This document shows, one piece after another, positions 51,260 through 63,289 of a DNA stretch of 64,000 nt. The translations under genes were made by a program, and so were the position numbers. Source of the DNA: Mobula birostris (Eukaryota); contig NC_092383.1 of NCBI RefSeq assembly GCF_030028105.1, forward strand, positions 77,603,359 to 77,667,358, written 5' to 3'. The notes under the pieces are model-generated. The model made no database searches and was not told where the DNA came from. It was given only the letters and a program-made list of their open reading frames with translations. Every line of letters starts with the position of its first letter. Position 1 is the stretch's first letter.

Positions 51260-54200
51260 CTCTCTCTCTTGCTGTGCTTAGTGTAGTAAATGGCTGCTGT
51301 GTGCTCTTCATGCTGGATGTTAGAGCTCTAGGAGACCCAGAGTCTCCCAGGGAACTAAATCTGTGTGAAGGGCATCCTTGAAGTTGCAGGAGGTGAGTAG
51401 CTGGGTGACTGTCAGGAGAAATGGAAATGTGAATAGGCAGTTAGTGCAGAGCACCCCTGTGGCCATTCACCTCAAAAGTAAGTATACAGTTTTGGATACT
51501 GTAGTGGGGGATGACCTCCCAGGGGAATGCCACAGAGACCAGATTACTGGCACTGAGCAGGGTAAGGGGTGGCAGTGATAAGGGACTCAGTACCCAGTGG
51601 AACAGACAGGAGATTCTGTGGACCTGAACGGGACACTGGGGTGGCATGTTGCCTCCCAGGTGCCACCAGGGTCTGGGACATCTTGGATTGTGTCCACAGC
51701 ACTTTACAGAGGGAGGGAGAGCCGCCAGTGATTGGTACCAATGACATAGGATGGAAAAGCAAAGAGGTCCTGAAGAGAGAATTTAGAGAGTTAGGCAGAA
51801 AACTGAGAAACAGGACCTCCAGGATAGTAATTTCTGGATTGCTACCTGGACTGGAATGCTCTGCCTCAGAAGGTAGTGGAGGCCAATTCTCTGGCTGTTT
51901 TCAAGAAACAGTTAGATAGAGCTCTTAAAGATAGTGGAGTCAAGGGATAGGGGGAGAAGGCAGGAACGGGGTACTGATTGTGGATGATCAGTAGGTGCTG
52001 GCTCGAAGGGCCGAATGGCCTACTCCTGCACCTATTGTCTATTGCCTATTGACTATTACCTGTGCCACGTGCTAGAAATAGGATGATTTGGCTGATAAAT
52101 GTGTGGCTGAGAGGCAGGTGCAGGGGGCAGGGCTTCAAGTTCTTGGCTCATTGAGATCTCTTCTGGGGGAGGTGTACAAAAGGGACGGGTTGCACCCGAA
52201 CCAGTGGAGGACGAATATTCCTGCGGGCAGGTTTGTTAGAGCTGTTGGGCAGAGTTTAAACTAATTTGGCAGGGGGTTGGGAACCAAAGTGAGGGGACTC
52301 AGGATAGGATGAATGGTAAAAAAGCAAAGATAGCGTGCAATTAGGCTGTCAAGAAAGGCAAGATGATAGGACAAATTGCAGCCAGCAGGGTGAGTATCAG
52401 AGTGTTATATCACAATGCACAGACTATGAGAAATAAGGTGGATAATCTTGTTGCACTATTACAGATTGTCACGTATGATCTTGTGGCCATCACTGAATCG
52501 TGGCTGAACGATGGTTGTAGTTGGGAGCTGAATGTCCAAGGTTACATGTTGTATTAGAGGTATAGGAAGGTAGGTAGAGGGGTGGCATGGTTCTGCCAGT
52601 AGAGAATCAGTGGAAAGACGTGACATCGGATCAGACGATGTTGAATCCTTGTGAAAATGTGAATAGGCAGTTAGTGCAGAGCATCCCTGTGGACATACAT
52701 CTCAAAAATAAATATATAGTTTTGGATACTGTAGTGGGGGATGACCTCCCAGGAGAATGTCACGGAGACTAGGTTACTGGCACTGAGCATGGGTCCGTGG
52801 TGCAGAAGGTCAAGAGGGAGAAGAGGGGAGTGACAGTGATAGGGGACTCAATACTCAGAGGAGCAGACACAAGATTATTAAAAAACTGCAAGGGTAAAAG
52901 GACTTGGGTGACAGGTATATTTAGGCCTCCCAACAGTAGCTGGGATGTGGACCACAGATTACCACAGGAAATAGACAAGGCATGCCAAAAGGGCAATGTT
53001 ATGATAGTCATGAGAGATCATAACATACAGGGTGATTGGGAAAATCAGGTTGGTAATGGATCTCAAGAGAGAATACTTGTTGAATGCCTATGAGATGGCT
53101 TTTTAGAGCAGTTTGGCATTGAGCCTACAAGGGGATCAGCTATACTGGATTGGGCATTATGTAATGAACTGGAGGCGATTAGAGACCTTAAGGTAAAAGA
53201 ACCATTTGGAGTCAATGATCACAATATGATTGAGTTCAACTTGAAAGATGATACAGAGAAAGCAAAGTCTGACATAGCAGTATTTCAGTGGAATAAAGGA
53301 AATTACAGTGGTGTGAGAGAAGAGTGGTCAAAGTGAATTGACAGGAGCTGCTGGCAGGGATGACAGCAGAGAAGAAATGGCCTGAGTTTCTGAGAAAAAT
53401 GAGGAAGTGCAAGACAGATGTATTCCAAAAATGAAGAAATAGCCAAATGGCAAAATATACAACCATGGCTGACAAGGTAAGTCAAAGCTAATGTAAAAAC
53501 AAAAGAGAGGGTATACAAACGAGGCAAAAATTAGTGGGAAGATAAAGGGTTGAGATGCTTTTAAAAATATGCAGAGCAACTAAAAGAATCATTAGAAGGG
53601 AAAAGATGAAATATGAAAGCAAGCTAGCAAACAATTTCAAAGTGGATAGCAAAAGCTTTTTCAAGTATGTACAAAATAAAAGAGAGATGAGAGTAGATAT
53701 AGAACTGCTAGAAAATGAGGCCAGAGACATAATAACGGAGGACAAGGAAATGGCAGATGAACTAAGTGAGTACTTTGCATCAGTCTTTCCTGTGGAAGAT
53801 ACTAGCAGTGTGCCAGAAGTTGATGGGTGTGAGGGAAGAGAAGTGAGTGCAGTTACTATTACATAGCAAAAGGTGCTCAAAAAGCTGAAAGACCATAAGT
53901 CACTCGAACCAGATGAACTGCACCCTAGGGTTCTGAAAAAGGTAGCGTTAGAGATTGTGAAGGTATTAGCAATGATTTTTCAAAAATCATTAGATTCTGG
54001 CATTGTGCCAGAGGACTGGAAAATTGCAAATGTTACTCCACTCTTTAAGAAAAGAGGAAGGCAGCAGAAAAGAAATTATAGACCAGTTAGCCTGGCCTCA
54101 GTGGTTGGGAAGATGTTGGAGTCAATTGTGAAGGATGAGGTTATGGAGTGCTTGGTGACACAGGACAAGTTAGGACAATGTCAGCATGGATTTCTTAAGG

Positions 54201-55410
54201 GAAAATCTTGCCTGACAAACTTATTGGAATTCTTTGAGGAGATTACAAGTAGAACAGATAAAGGGCATGCAGTAGGTGATGTATATTTGGACTTCCAGAA
54301 GGCCTTTGACAAGTTAAGAGCTCATGGTATTACAGGAAAGTTAACTTGGTTAGAGCATAGGCTGATTGGTAGGAGGCAGTGAATGGGAACAAAAGGATCC
54401 TTTTCTGGTTGGCTGCCAGTGACTAGTGGAGTTCTGCAGGGGTCTGTGTTGGGATCAATTTTTTTTATGCTGTATATAAATGAGTTAGTTGATGGAATAG
54501 ATAGCTATTGCCAAGTTTGGAGAAGATACAAAGATTGGTGGAGGGGCAGGTAGTGTTGAGGAAACAGGTAGGCTACCGAAGGACTTAGACAGATTAGGAG
54601 AATGAGCAAGAAAGTGGCAAATGAAATATAATGTTGGAAAGCTCATGGTCATGCACCTTGGTAGTAGAAATAAATGTGGAAACTATTTTCTAAATGGGGA
54701 GAAAATCCAAAAATCTGAGATGCAAAGGGACTTGGAAGTCCTCGTGCAGAACACCCTAAAGGTTAACTTGCAGGCTGAGTTGGTGGTGAGGAAGGCAAAT
54801 GCAATGATATCATTCATTTCAAGAGGTCCAGAATACAAGAGCGGAATGGTGAGGCCTCACCTTGAGTATTGTGTACAGATTTGGGCTGCTCATCTACGAA
54901 AATATGTGCTGGCATTGGAGAGGCTTCAGAGATGGTTCACAAGGATGATTTCAGGAATGAAAGGTTTATCATATGAGGTTTGATGGCTCTGGGTCTGTAC
55001 TCACTGGAATTTAGAAAGATGAGGGGGGATCTCATTGAAACCTTTCAAATGCCTAAACAGAGTAGATGCGGAAAGGATGTTTCCCATAGTGGGAGAGTCT
55101 TGGACAAGGGGGCACAACCTCAGGATAGAAGGGTGTCGATTTAAAACAGGGATGTAGAGAAATTTCTTTAGCCAGAGAGTGGTGAATTTGTGAAATTTGT
55201 TACCACAGCCAGCTATGGAGGCCAGGTTTTTTGGTGTATTAAGGCAGAGATTGATAGCTCCTTGATTAGGCATGGCATCAAAGGTATGGGGAGAAGGCCA
55301 GGGAATGGGGTTGAGAAGTGGAATAAAAGATCAACCATGATTGAATGGCGGAGCAGACCCGATGGGCCAAACGGCCTAATTCTGCTCCTATGTCTTATGG
55401 ACTTATGACC
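51260..55410 (+). mobile_element. Near full-length CR1 LINE (ORF1 esterase, ORF2 endonuclease and RT), decayed
   Basis: ORF1 SGNH motifs (CCLPGA, IGTNDIG, DGLHP); EN YDLVAITESWL; RT EDWKIANVTPLFKK, NYRPVSL, QHGFLKGKSCLTNLLEFFE, YLDFQKAFDK; 3' tail. Confidence 0.93.
51849..52056 (+). mobile_element. Younger CR1 3' fragment nested in CR1 ORF1
   Basis: TSD TACCTG (51843-51848, 52057-52062); (CTATTGN)n tail. Confidence 0.85.
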
Positions 55411-55531
55411 TTCATTTCTTCTCTGCTTTCTGCTTTCTCATCCCCAAAGGTGCTGCAAAAATTGTTTTAACTCTGGCATTATTCCTCAGCAATAACAACC
55501 CATCTACATCGCCAATGTAGCATCTGTAGGT

Positions 55532-55880
55532 TTCCTCTCCGAGGGTCGTCACCGTGTTATGGTGGAGAGGCTTGCGAATTCCTGAGATCCCGAGAACTAT
55601 GCCATCTGGAGTTTACCCATGGTGATTTGGTCAACAGGGAAGTTCCAGACAAAGAGCGAGCGTACCAGGAACTGGCGAAGATGATGATACATCTCAAGGA
55701 TTGTGAAGGCTACAGCAGGGAAGTGTCTCCAGTCATCTTGTGTTCCATGCCACTGGACCCTGATCCTGACCCCGACCCCGATCTGTCAAGGACCTGTGGT
55801 GGCTGCCCATGCGTCAGCCTCCCCACGTTAAACAAAGTCACGCACAGGTGTTCTCCATTAAGGGAATCCACCCTGGACAA
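55532..55880 (+). mobile_element. RTE 5' UTR-derived non-autonomous element
   Basis: Homologous to 36073-36445. Confidence 0.6.
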
Positions 55881-56244
55881 TCCCATTATACTCGACACGA
55901 GTGATCGCACTACTACCACTGTAGGTTTTATATTCCCTATAATGTTGTAACAAGTTAGAGCTCTTAGCCGATAACACTGGACAATAATTTTTTTCAGAAG
56001 TTTTCTTTCCTCAGATTTTGTTTTGTTTATGATAGACTGCTTTAAGCTGAACATTAATATAATTTCAGACTACTTGCATCATGTAAGAATTTGGGTAAAC
56101 AAGAAAGTAACTTTTATTGAATATAATGTGCTTAATTGCATAATGGTGCTGATACTTTGCAATAGTTCAACTAAGCTAAAATTGTTTTGTTGATGATTTT
56201 CATTTGTACTCATTGTCTGAGGCTTCTCGCTTAAGTGCCTCAGC

Positions 56245-57395
56245 CAGCATTGGTGGATTTCAGTTGCCCTGATACTGTTTCTCCATGACCACAATGCCAT
56301 CCCCTTCTCTCAATTCCTCCATCTCCGCTGCAGGATAAGTCTTTTCATTCTACAATGAAGGAGATGCTCTCCTCTTCAAAGAAAGGGGCTTCCTTTCCTC
56401 CACCATCAATGCTGCCCTCAACTGCATCTCTTCCATTTCATGCAAATCTGCCTTCACCCCATCCTCCTGCCACCCTACCAGGGATAGGGTTCCTCTTGTC
56501 CTCACCTACCACCCTAGCAGCCTCCAAGTCCAGCAGATAATTCTCTGAAATTTCCACCATCTCCAATGGGATCCCGCCACCAAGTACATCTTACCCTACC
56601 CCCAACTTTCTGCTTCTGCAGGGATCCCTCCCTATGTGACTCCCTTGTCCATTCATCCCTCCCCACTGGTCTTCCTCCTGACACCTATCCTTGCAAGTGG
56701 AACAAGTGCAACACCTGCCCCTACACCTCTCCCTCACTCCCTTTCAGATCCCTAAACAGTCCTTTCAGGTGAGGCGACACTTCACCTGTGAGTCTGTTGG
56801 GCTGATATACAGTGTTCAGTGTTCCCGGTGTGGCCTCCTATATATCGGTGAGACCCGACATGGATTGGGAGACCGCTTCGCCAAGCACCTACACTCCATC
56901 CACCAGAAAAAGCAGGATCTCCCAATTGCCACCCATTTTAATTTCTCTTCCCATTCCCATTCCGATATGTCCATCCATGACCTCCTCCACTGTCGTGATG
57001 AGGCCACACTTAGGTTGGAGGAACAACACCTTACATTTTATTTGGATAGCCTCCAACCTGATGGCATGAACATCGATTTCTGCTAATACCCCACCCCCAC
57101 TTCGCCATTTCCCATCCCCTTTTCCATCCGTCCTTGTCTACCCATCGTCCTCCTCTGGTGCTCCTCCCCCCCTTTCTTTCTTTCACCAATCAACTTCCCA
57201 GCTCTTTTCTTCATCCTTCTCCTCCCAGGTTCCACCTATCACCTTTCTGTCTCCCCTCCCCCCACCTTTTAAATCCACTCCTCAGCTTTTATCGCCAGAC
57301 CTGCCAAAGGGTTTCGGCCTGAAACATCGATTGTACTCTTTTCCTAGATGCTGCTTGGCTTGCTGAGTTCCTCCAGCATTGTGTGTATGTTGTTA
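56245..57395 (+). mobile_element. Penelope-like element 3' part (RT end, GIY-YIG endonuclease, terminal repeat)
   Basis: FQVRRHFTCESVGLIYSVQCSRCGLLYIGETRHGLGDRFAKH..IATHFN..LEEQHL..LQPDGMNIDF. Confidence 0.9.
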
Positions 57396-57689
57396 TTCAC
57401 TTTGATTGGAAGAATAAAAATGCAGAATATAAATGCAGAAATTTGGCAGAACTTTGATGCCTTCTTATGTGAAACAGAGCAAGTTAGCATAGGGGTGCAG
57501 CAAGGAATTATGAAAGCAGTGGGATGATGGCCTTTTTTTGCAAAGAGGTTTGAGTTTGAAAGTATGGGATGTTGTGCTACTTTTGTTTGGGATAATGTTG
57601 AGACTACACCAGGATTATTGTAATCAGTAATGGCTGCATTACTGAAGAGGGATATACTTGCATTGGGGCAGCTTAGGGGTGATACATAG

Positions 57690-58220
57690 AAATATAAAAA
57701 AATGTAGACTCACAAGTAAGCCATTCAAGCCCTTAAAGCCTATTCCATAATTTAATATAACTATGGCTGACCTTCTACATCAATAACATATTCTTCCTCT
57801 CTCTCCAAATCCTTTCATGAATTTTGTGTCTGAAAAATCAATCTACCTTATTAAATTTATTCAGCAACTTGACATCCACTGCCTTTTGAGGTAGGGAATT
57901 CATAGCCAGGAAACCATCCACCCCATGTCTGTCCAGTATTGTATGAATTTTGCTTGTTTCAATGAGATCCTCTCTCATTCTTCTAAGCTCCGTTGAATAG
58001 AGAATGTCAACCAAATTTCTCCTCATATGACAGTTCTGCCACCCCAGGAATCAGTCTGGTGATTGTGTGCTGTACTCCCTTTATTCTAAGCATATCTGTT
58101 CTGCATACAGTACTTCAGGGTGGCCTAACCAAGTCCCTACATCATCATATTAAGACATCCTATACTCCAAACCTCTTCCATGGAAGCCAACATATCACTT
58201 GCATTTTTAACCTCTTACTG
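57690..58220 (-). mobile_element. CR1 3' relic
   Basis: ELRRMREDLIETSKI..NSLPQKAVDVK. Confidence 0.7.
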
Positions 58221-59074
58221 CACTGTATGTTTAGTATATTAGTATATTGTTTAGTATACATTATAATTGCATCTGGATATAAATAATTCATGTGAATTCA
58301 TATTCAATAACATCATAAGATACAAGAACATCCTGCATGCTTTCTGAGGAAAAGAGGGGCAGATTGGAGTGATAATTTGGAGTTAGGTAGATGCGTGGTG
58401 AACTTATTGAAGCTTGTAAAATTCTGAGGGCACTTGACAAGGCAGATGCTTGGATAATATTTCTCCCCCTTAAGCAAGAATATGGAATGAGAAAGCCTAA
58501 TTTTGGAATAAGTGGAGCAGAAGCTAAGATCAGGCAAACCACTTCATATTGAAGGCAGAGCAGGGTTAATAGACTATCACCTTGTAATATTCCTACTTAC
58601 TATTTTCTTATGATTTCATTATCTACAGATCCACATCATTTACTTACTTCCTTGAACAAATGCCCCACGTTTGCCACAGGGTCAAAATTTAGACTTTCCT
58701 ACTTAATACCACTATTGGCTTGCCTTCCTCACACACACTGCAGAAGGACAGGCACAGCTGAGGAACAACTATGGATGTATATTTAACACAAGCCTTGCCA
58801 GCAACAAACATATATAGTGCAAGAATACATAAAGAGGTCATTCTTTTACCTGAAAGTTGTTAAGACATTATCAAGTACTGCTTCCAAAGGGGAAGCAAAT
58901 AAATACCTGAGAATATAGAGAAAAAGTTGGGGAAATAAATTCTAAGGGCTGGGTTTTTCCTCGCGTCTGATCTCACTTGGGAGTCATCTGTCAAAGGTGA
59001 GTCCACTGGCTGGTAGATGTAAGTACTGGATACTTACCACTATGATTCCTATAGTAACTGTGAGCACAAGTTAT

Positions 59075-59875
59075 TACAGTGTCCATGTATCCTAACTATT
59101 ACAGCACCAACGACCTACAGTAGGTTCAATTCTGCCACTGTCTGTAAGGAGTTTGTATATTCTCCCTATGACTGCTTGGGTCTCTTCTGGGTGCTCTGGT
59201 TTTCTCCCAAAGATACTAGACACTAGAATACTACAGCACACTACAGGCCCTTCGGTCCTCGATGTTGTGCCGACCCATATATTCCTAAAAAAAAAGTACT
59301 AAACCCACACTACCCTGTAACTCTCTATTTTTCTTTCATCCATATGCCTGTCCAAGAGGCTCTTAAATACCCCTAATGTTTTAGCCTCCACCACCATCCC
59401 TGGCAAGTCATTCCAGGCACCCACAACCCTCCGTGTAAAAAACTTACTCCTGATGTCTCCCCTAAACTTCCCTCCCTTAACTTTGTACATATGCCCTCTG
59501 GTGTTTGCTATTCATGCCCTGGGAAACAGGTACTGGCTATCCACCCTATCTATGCCTCCCATAATCTTGTAGATCTCTATCAAATCCCCTCTCATTCTTC
59601 TACGCTCCAAAGAGAAAAGTCCCAGCTCTGCTAACCTTGCCTCATAAGACTTGTTTTCCAATCCGGGCAACATCCTGGTAAATCTCCTCTGCACCCTCTC
59701 CATAGCTTCCACGTCCTTCCTGTAATGAGGTGACCAGAACATAACACAATACTCTAAGTGTGGTCTCACCAGAGATTTGTAGATACAAGTTAATTGGTCA
59801 TAAGGGTGTAATTGTGTGGCATGGGCTTTTTGAGGCTGAAGGACCAGTTACTGAGTTGTATCTCAAAATAGAATG
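59075..59875 (+). mobile_element. V-SINE split by a CR1 insertion
   Basis: V-domain to 59216; resumes at 59781 (gttaattggtca..). Confidence 0.7.
59217..59780 (-). mobile_element. Young CR1 3' fragment
   Basis: RPHLEYCVMFWSPHYRKDV..; single in-frame stop at 59512-59514; TSD AGATAC (59211-59216, 59781-59786). Confidence 0.9.
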
Positions 59876-60348
59876 AAAGTAACTAAATAATGAAGGTGTA
59901 TATTATATGGAAAGGATATTCAGACACAAGATTTTTAATACATTAATTAGAATAACTGAATGACAAATAATAAGTCACAGTTCAGTTATTTATAATTAAA
60001 GGTGTGATACTGAATTAAATTGAGTTAAAAAGTAATTTTCAACACACTACACACCGTGGGAAACACAACAGGAACAAAATCTAACACATCCCACCTAACA
60101 TGGGGAGCATGATTCTATGTTTAACAGTGAGAAAGTCGTACTTGGATACTGTTTGCTTGCTGATGGGAGGTGAACCCTGGAATGTGTCATTGAAACTACT
60201 GGGCTTTGTTAATACTTCTTAGCTGACTATCAGGAATCATTTCATTTTTCACATTGTCCAAATATATCTCCACCACAATGTTCAGCAAAAAGACTGAACA
60301 GCAAGCTGTGATTCTAATCCTGTCATCCCTTGCCTGATTTTTATAAAG

Positions 60349-60402
60349 ATTTGAAGAGAACTTTGAGGAATTCTGGGTAGAAGACCAGAACAATATTGGG
60401 AA
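60349..60402 (+). CDS. Candidate 54-nt phase 2-2 exon (FEENFEEFWVEDQNNIG)
   Basis: Acceptor tttttataaag, donor AA/gtaagt, only one open frame. Confidence 0.3.
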
Positions 60403-60507
60403 GTAAGTTGGTGAAATATTAGATAGAAGTCTGAAGAATATTGGGTAAAATTGGTAGGAGTAACAGAGAAAAGAAAATATTGACAAAAGTTTCTGAAAAC
60501 ATTAGGA

Positions 60508-60587
60508 CAGGGGTTACCAACATAGGGTCCACGGACCCCTCAGTTAATGGGAAGGGTCCATGGCATATAAAAGGTTGTGAATCCCTG
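60508..60587. mobile_element. 80-bp hAT (Charlie-like) MITE
   Basis: TIRs caggggttaccaac / gttgtgaatccctg; perfect 8-bp TSD CATTAGGA. Confidence 0.9.
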
Positions 60588-60865
60588 CATTAGGATGATT
60601 TGTTTCCCAATACCAGGAATATACTGTAAGCAGATGAAAATTCAAAGAACTTTGGGAAGGAGGTTTCAGGAAAATTGAGAAGATTTAAAGAATGTTGGGG
60701 GAACAGGGGGAAAAAAAGAATATTGGCAAGTTAGCTTGAGAATGATGCCATAAATTCCCTTTCATAATAAGGGGTTTCAGTTTGGATTTTTCTCTCAGTC
60801 CTGCAGGTGTCTTCTACAAGCCAGTCTGACCTTGTCATGACTTTGACCTATTTTTTGCTTTTCAG

Positions 60866-60974
60866 ACCTCATTATTCCTTCAAGGTGCATTCTAAATGAG
60901 ATCCCCCATGACCAAGACGAAGTTCAGCGGCAGCTACTGAACAAAATTAAGGCGACAGTGGAAGATCTAATGAG
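60866..60974 (+). CDS. Candidate 109-nt exon (LIIPSRCILNEIPHDQDEVQRQLLNKIKATVEDLM)
   Basis: Strong acceptor ttttttgcttttcag, donor GAG/gttaga, helical-looking peptide; phase does not match the 60349 candidate. Confidence 0.35.
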
Positions 60975-62030
60975 GTTAGATGAGTCACTAAAGAAAAGAG
61001 AAACTTGCCTTTATGTAGCATCTTTTCTGACATTTCTCAATTAAATTGCACCTAAAGTGGCTGCAAGATGCCCAACATTACAACAGTGACTACACATCAC
61101 TGGTTGGAAACAGATTGAGATGTACTTTAGTCAGAAAAGGTATTTTAGAAATGAAATTCATTCTTTAAGTATGGTCCCAGTCAGGCCATTATTGAGAGCT
61201 GAGTGCAGAAGATAGGGCCTGCCTGGGAGCATTGCCGTACATTGGAATTCTTGAAACAATTTACTGAACCAATTAAGGTATTGAACTTCTACACAAAGGT
61301 CTCCTGTGTGTTGACTGTGAGACATTCAGAATCAGAGAATGCACAAGCCTTTGCAATGGATGGGGAAGTGCCCAAAAGTGAGAGAAATATGCCAAGCAGG
61401 GATCCACCATTGGGGTTCTCTTCTCTTAGCCTTGTTACTGAGTGGGCACTGAAATAATTACAGCTTCAAAAATAGATTCTTCACAAGAACAAGTAAAAAT
61501 GGATGTGCAGAAAGAAAGACTGGTTTACACAGTGTGATTTATACAAAGTCATAGCTTCAAGCTTAACTAACATGGCTAGAATATCACACTGCAGCGAGAA
61601 TTTCACTGCAGACTTGAAATTAGATTTATTTTAAATCTTTCTTCTGTGATTTTTTTTCTGTTGTCCGTCCTTTCCACCCCCCACTACCTCTCCACCGCTC
61701 TAGAGTGAAGTACGTGGCTGCAACAGTTTTAGCATTGAATACTCCTCAGACAAAAAGAGCAAGGGTTCGATATGGAATAAAACGCCTCTTAAGGTATCTC
61801 CGAATTCTTCTATCAAACATGTCCCTCAGTAAAGTAGTATCAGATGGGTCCGGTTGATGGGGAGGTGCAGTAGGTTGTTGGTGGGAATGTAGTGAGAATA
61901 GAATGAGTTAAATGTAGGATTACTTTAAATGGGTGCATGATAGTCAGCGTGGACCAGAAGGTTTGTTTCCAAGATTTAAGATTCTATGAAGGGTCTCAAC
62001 TCGAAAAAGCAGTCAGTTCCTTCCATAGAC

Positions 62031-62237
62031 AGCCAGCCGGCGGTGTGGTGGCATCCGCACCAGACTTCAAGGCGAGTGGTCCTGGTTTCGAATCCGGCCA
62101 GTTCCTGGCACACTTTCCATTTGTGCCGGGTTGAGCATCGAACAAGCAACTCAACCTCATACAAAAACAGACAGATGCTAAAGAAAAGGTAAGCTTGCCA
62201 CCCGATGCGCCATTGGTACGGAGTGGAACTCAATAAA
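62031..62237 (+). mobile_element. tRNA-derived SINE inserted in a Penelope-like tail
   Basis: A and B boxes; host tail at 61981-62030 resumes near 62240 (ttccatag / ttccttag possible TSD). Confidence 0.7.
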
Positions 62238-63289
62238 ATTCCTTAGGTGCTGCCTGGCCTTTTGCATCACTCCAGCTTTCGTATTGCTCCAGAATTCCAG
62301 CTCTGAAATCTCTTGTCATTCCATACTATCAAACAAGTCCATTGTAGGTACAACATGGGTAGAAACAAAATGAGGCTCCCTCTGTATTGTCTCATAAGAA
62401 ATAGCAGTATGTCACAGGTATAATATTGTCGTAATTGCAGCAAAACAAGGGTTGAAATGTGTGCTAACAGAACAGAGCACAGCCTTTCTATGCGAGAAAG
62501 TACACCAAGGTAACAGTCAGAGACAGTGTGCATAGTGCAATCACCCAGGCTGAACAAGGTCCTTGAAAGCCCAAATCTCTGTGCAGCCTTTCTGTTCAAG
62601 CCTGGGAACCAAGGTAACCGAGCATGCCAAGACAAGATGAAGATGCAAATGAAGAATTCTATGACAACCCTATTTGGCAATTATTTTTACTAATTCTCAA
62701 GTGTTATTGGCCTTTAACATGTAATTAACACCTGAAATATGCAAATGACAGGATTCAGAAGTGCACAAAGTTTCTATTGGATCAATATTTCTATACAAGA
62801 AGTCAATTTCTGTATAAAAATGGCATTTCTTTGTTCAGCCTTCAGAGCAGTTTAGTGGCAGGGACCTGTTCTGTTCTCCTTGCGCACAAGTAAATAAATA
62901 ATGATTGAGGAACGAGTGCCAGCCATTAGAGTCCAGTTAATCGGCAATGACAATATGGAGTAAGCATCAATCTACACTGTCTCAGCTAGCACTCTTGGGT
63001 AAGACACGGAGGAAATCTCTCAGATTTTCCAATTAAATGTCAACAGGTTCATCTTCTGCAGTGGAACTTCCAAAGCACCGGTAATCCATTTTCCACGTCA
63101 GGGCACAATGAGCTCTGAAGGGATCAGGGTCAAGTTTAATATCACAAGCATATGTCATGAAATCTGTTGTCATGTGGCAGCAGTACATTGCAATATATAA
63201 TAATAAAAACTAATTTACATTAAGTATATATATATATATGTATTAAAAAGTTAAATTAAATAGTGCAAATTAAATAGAGCTTAGTAGGG

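Noticed and set aside
59031-59042. U1 snRNA 5' end (ATACTTACC)
   Set aside because: The match stops after 9 nt
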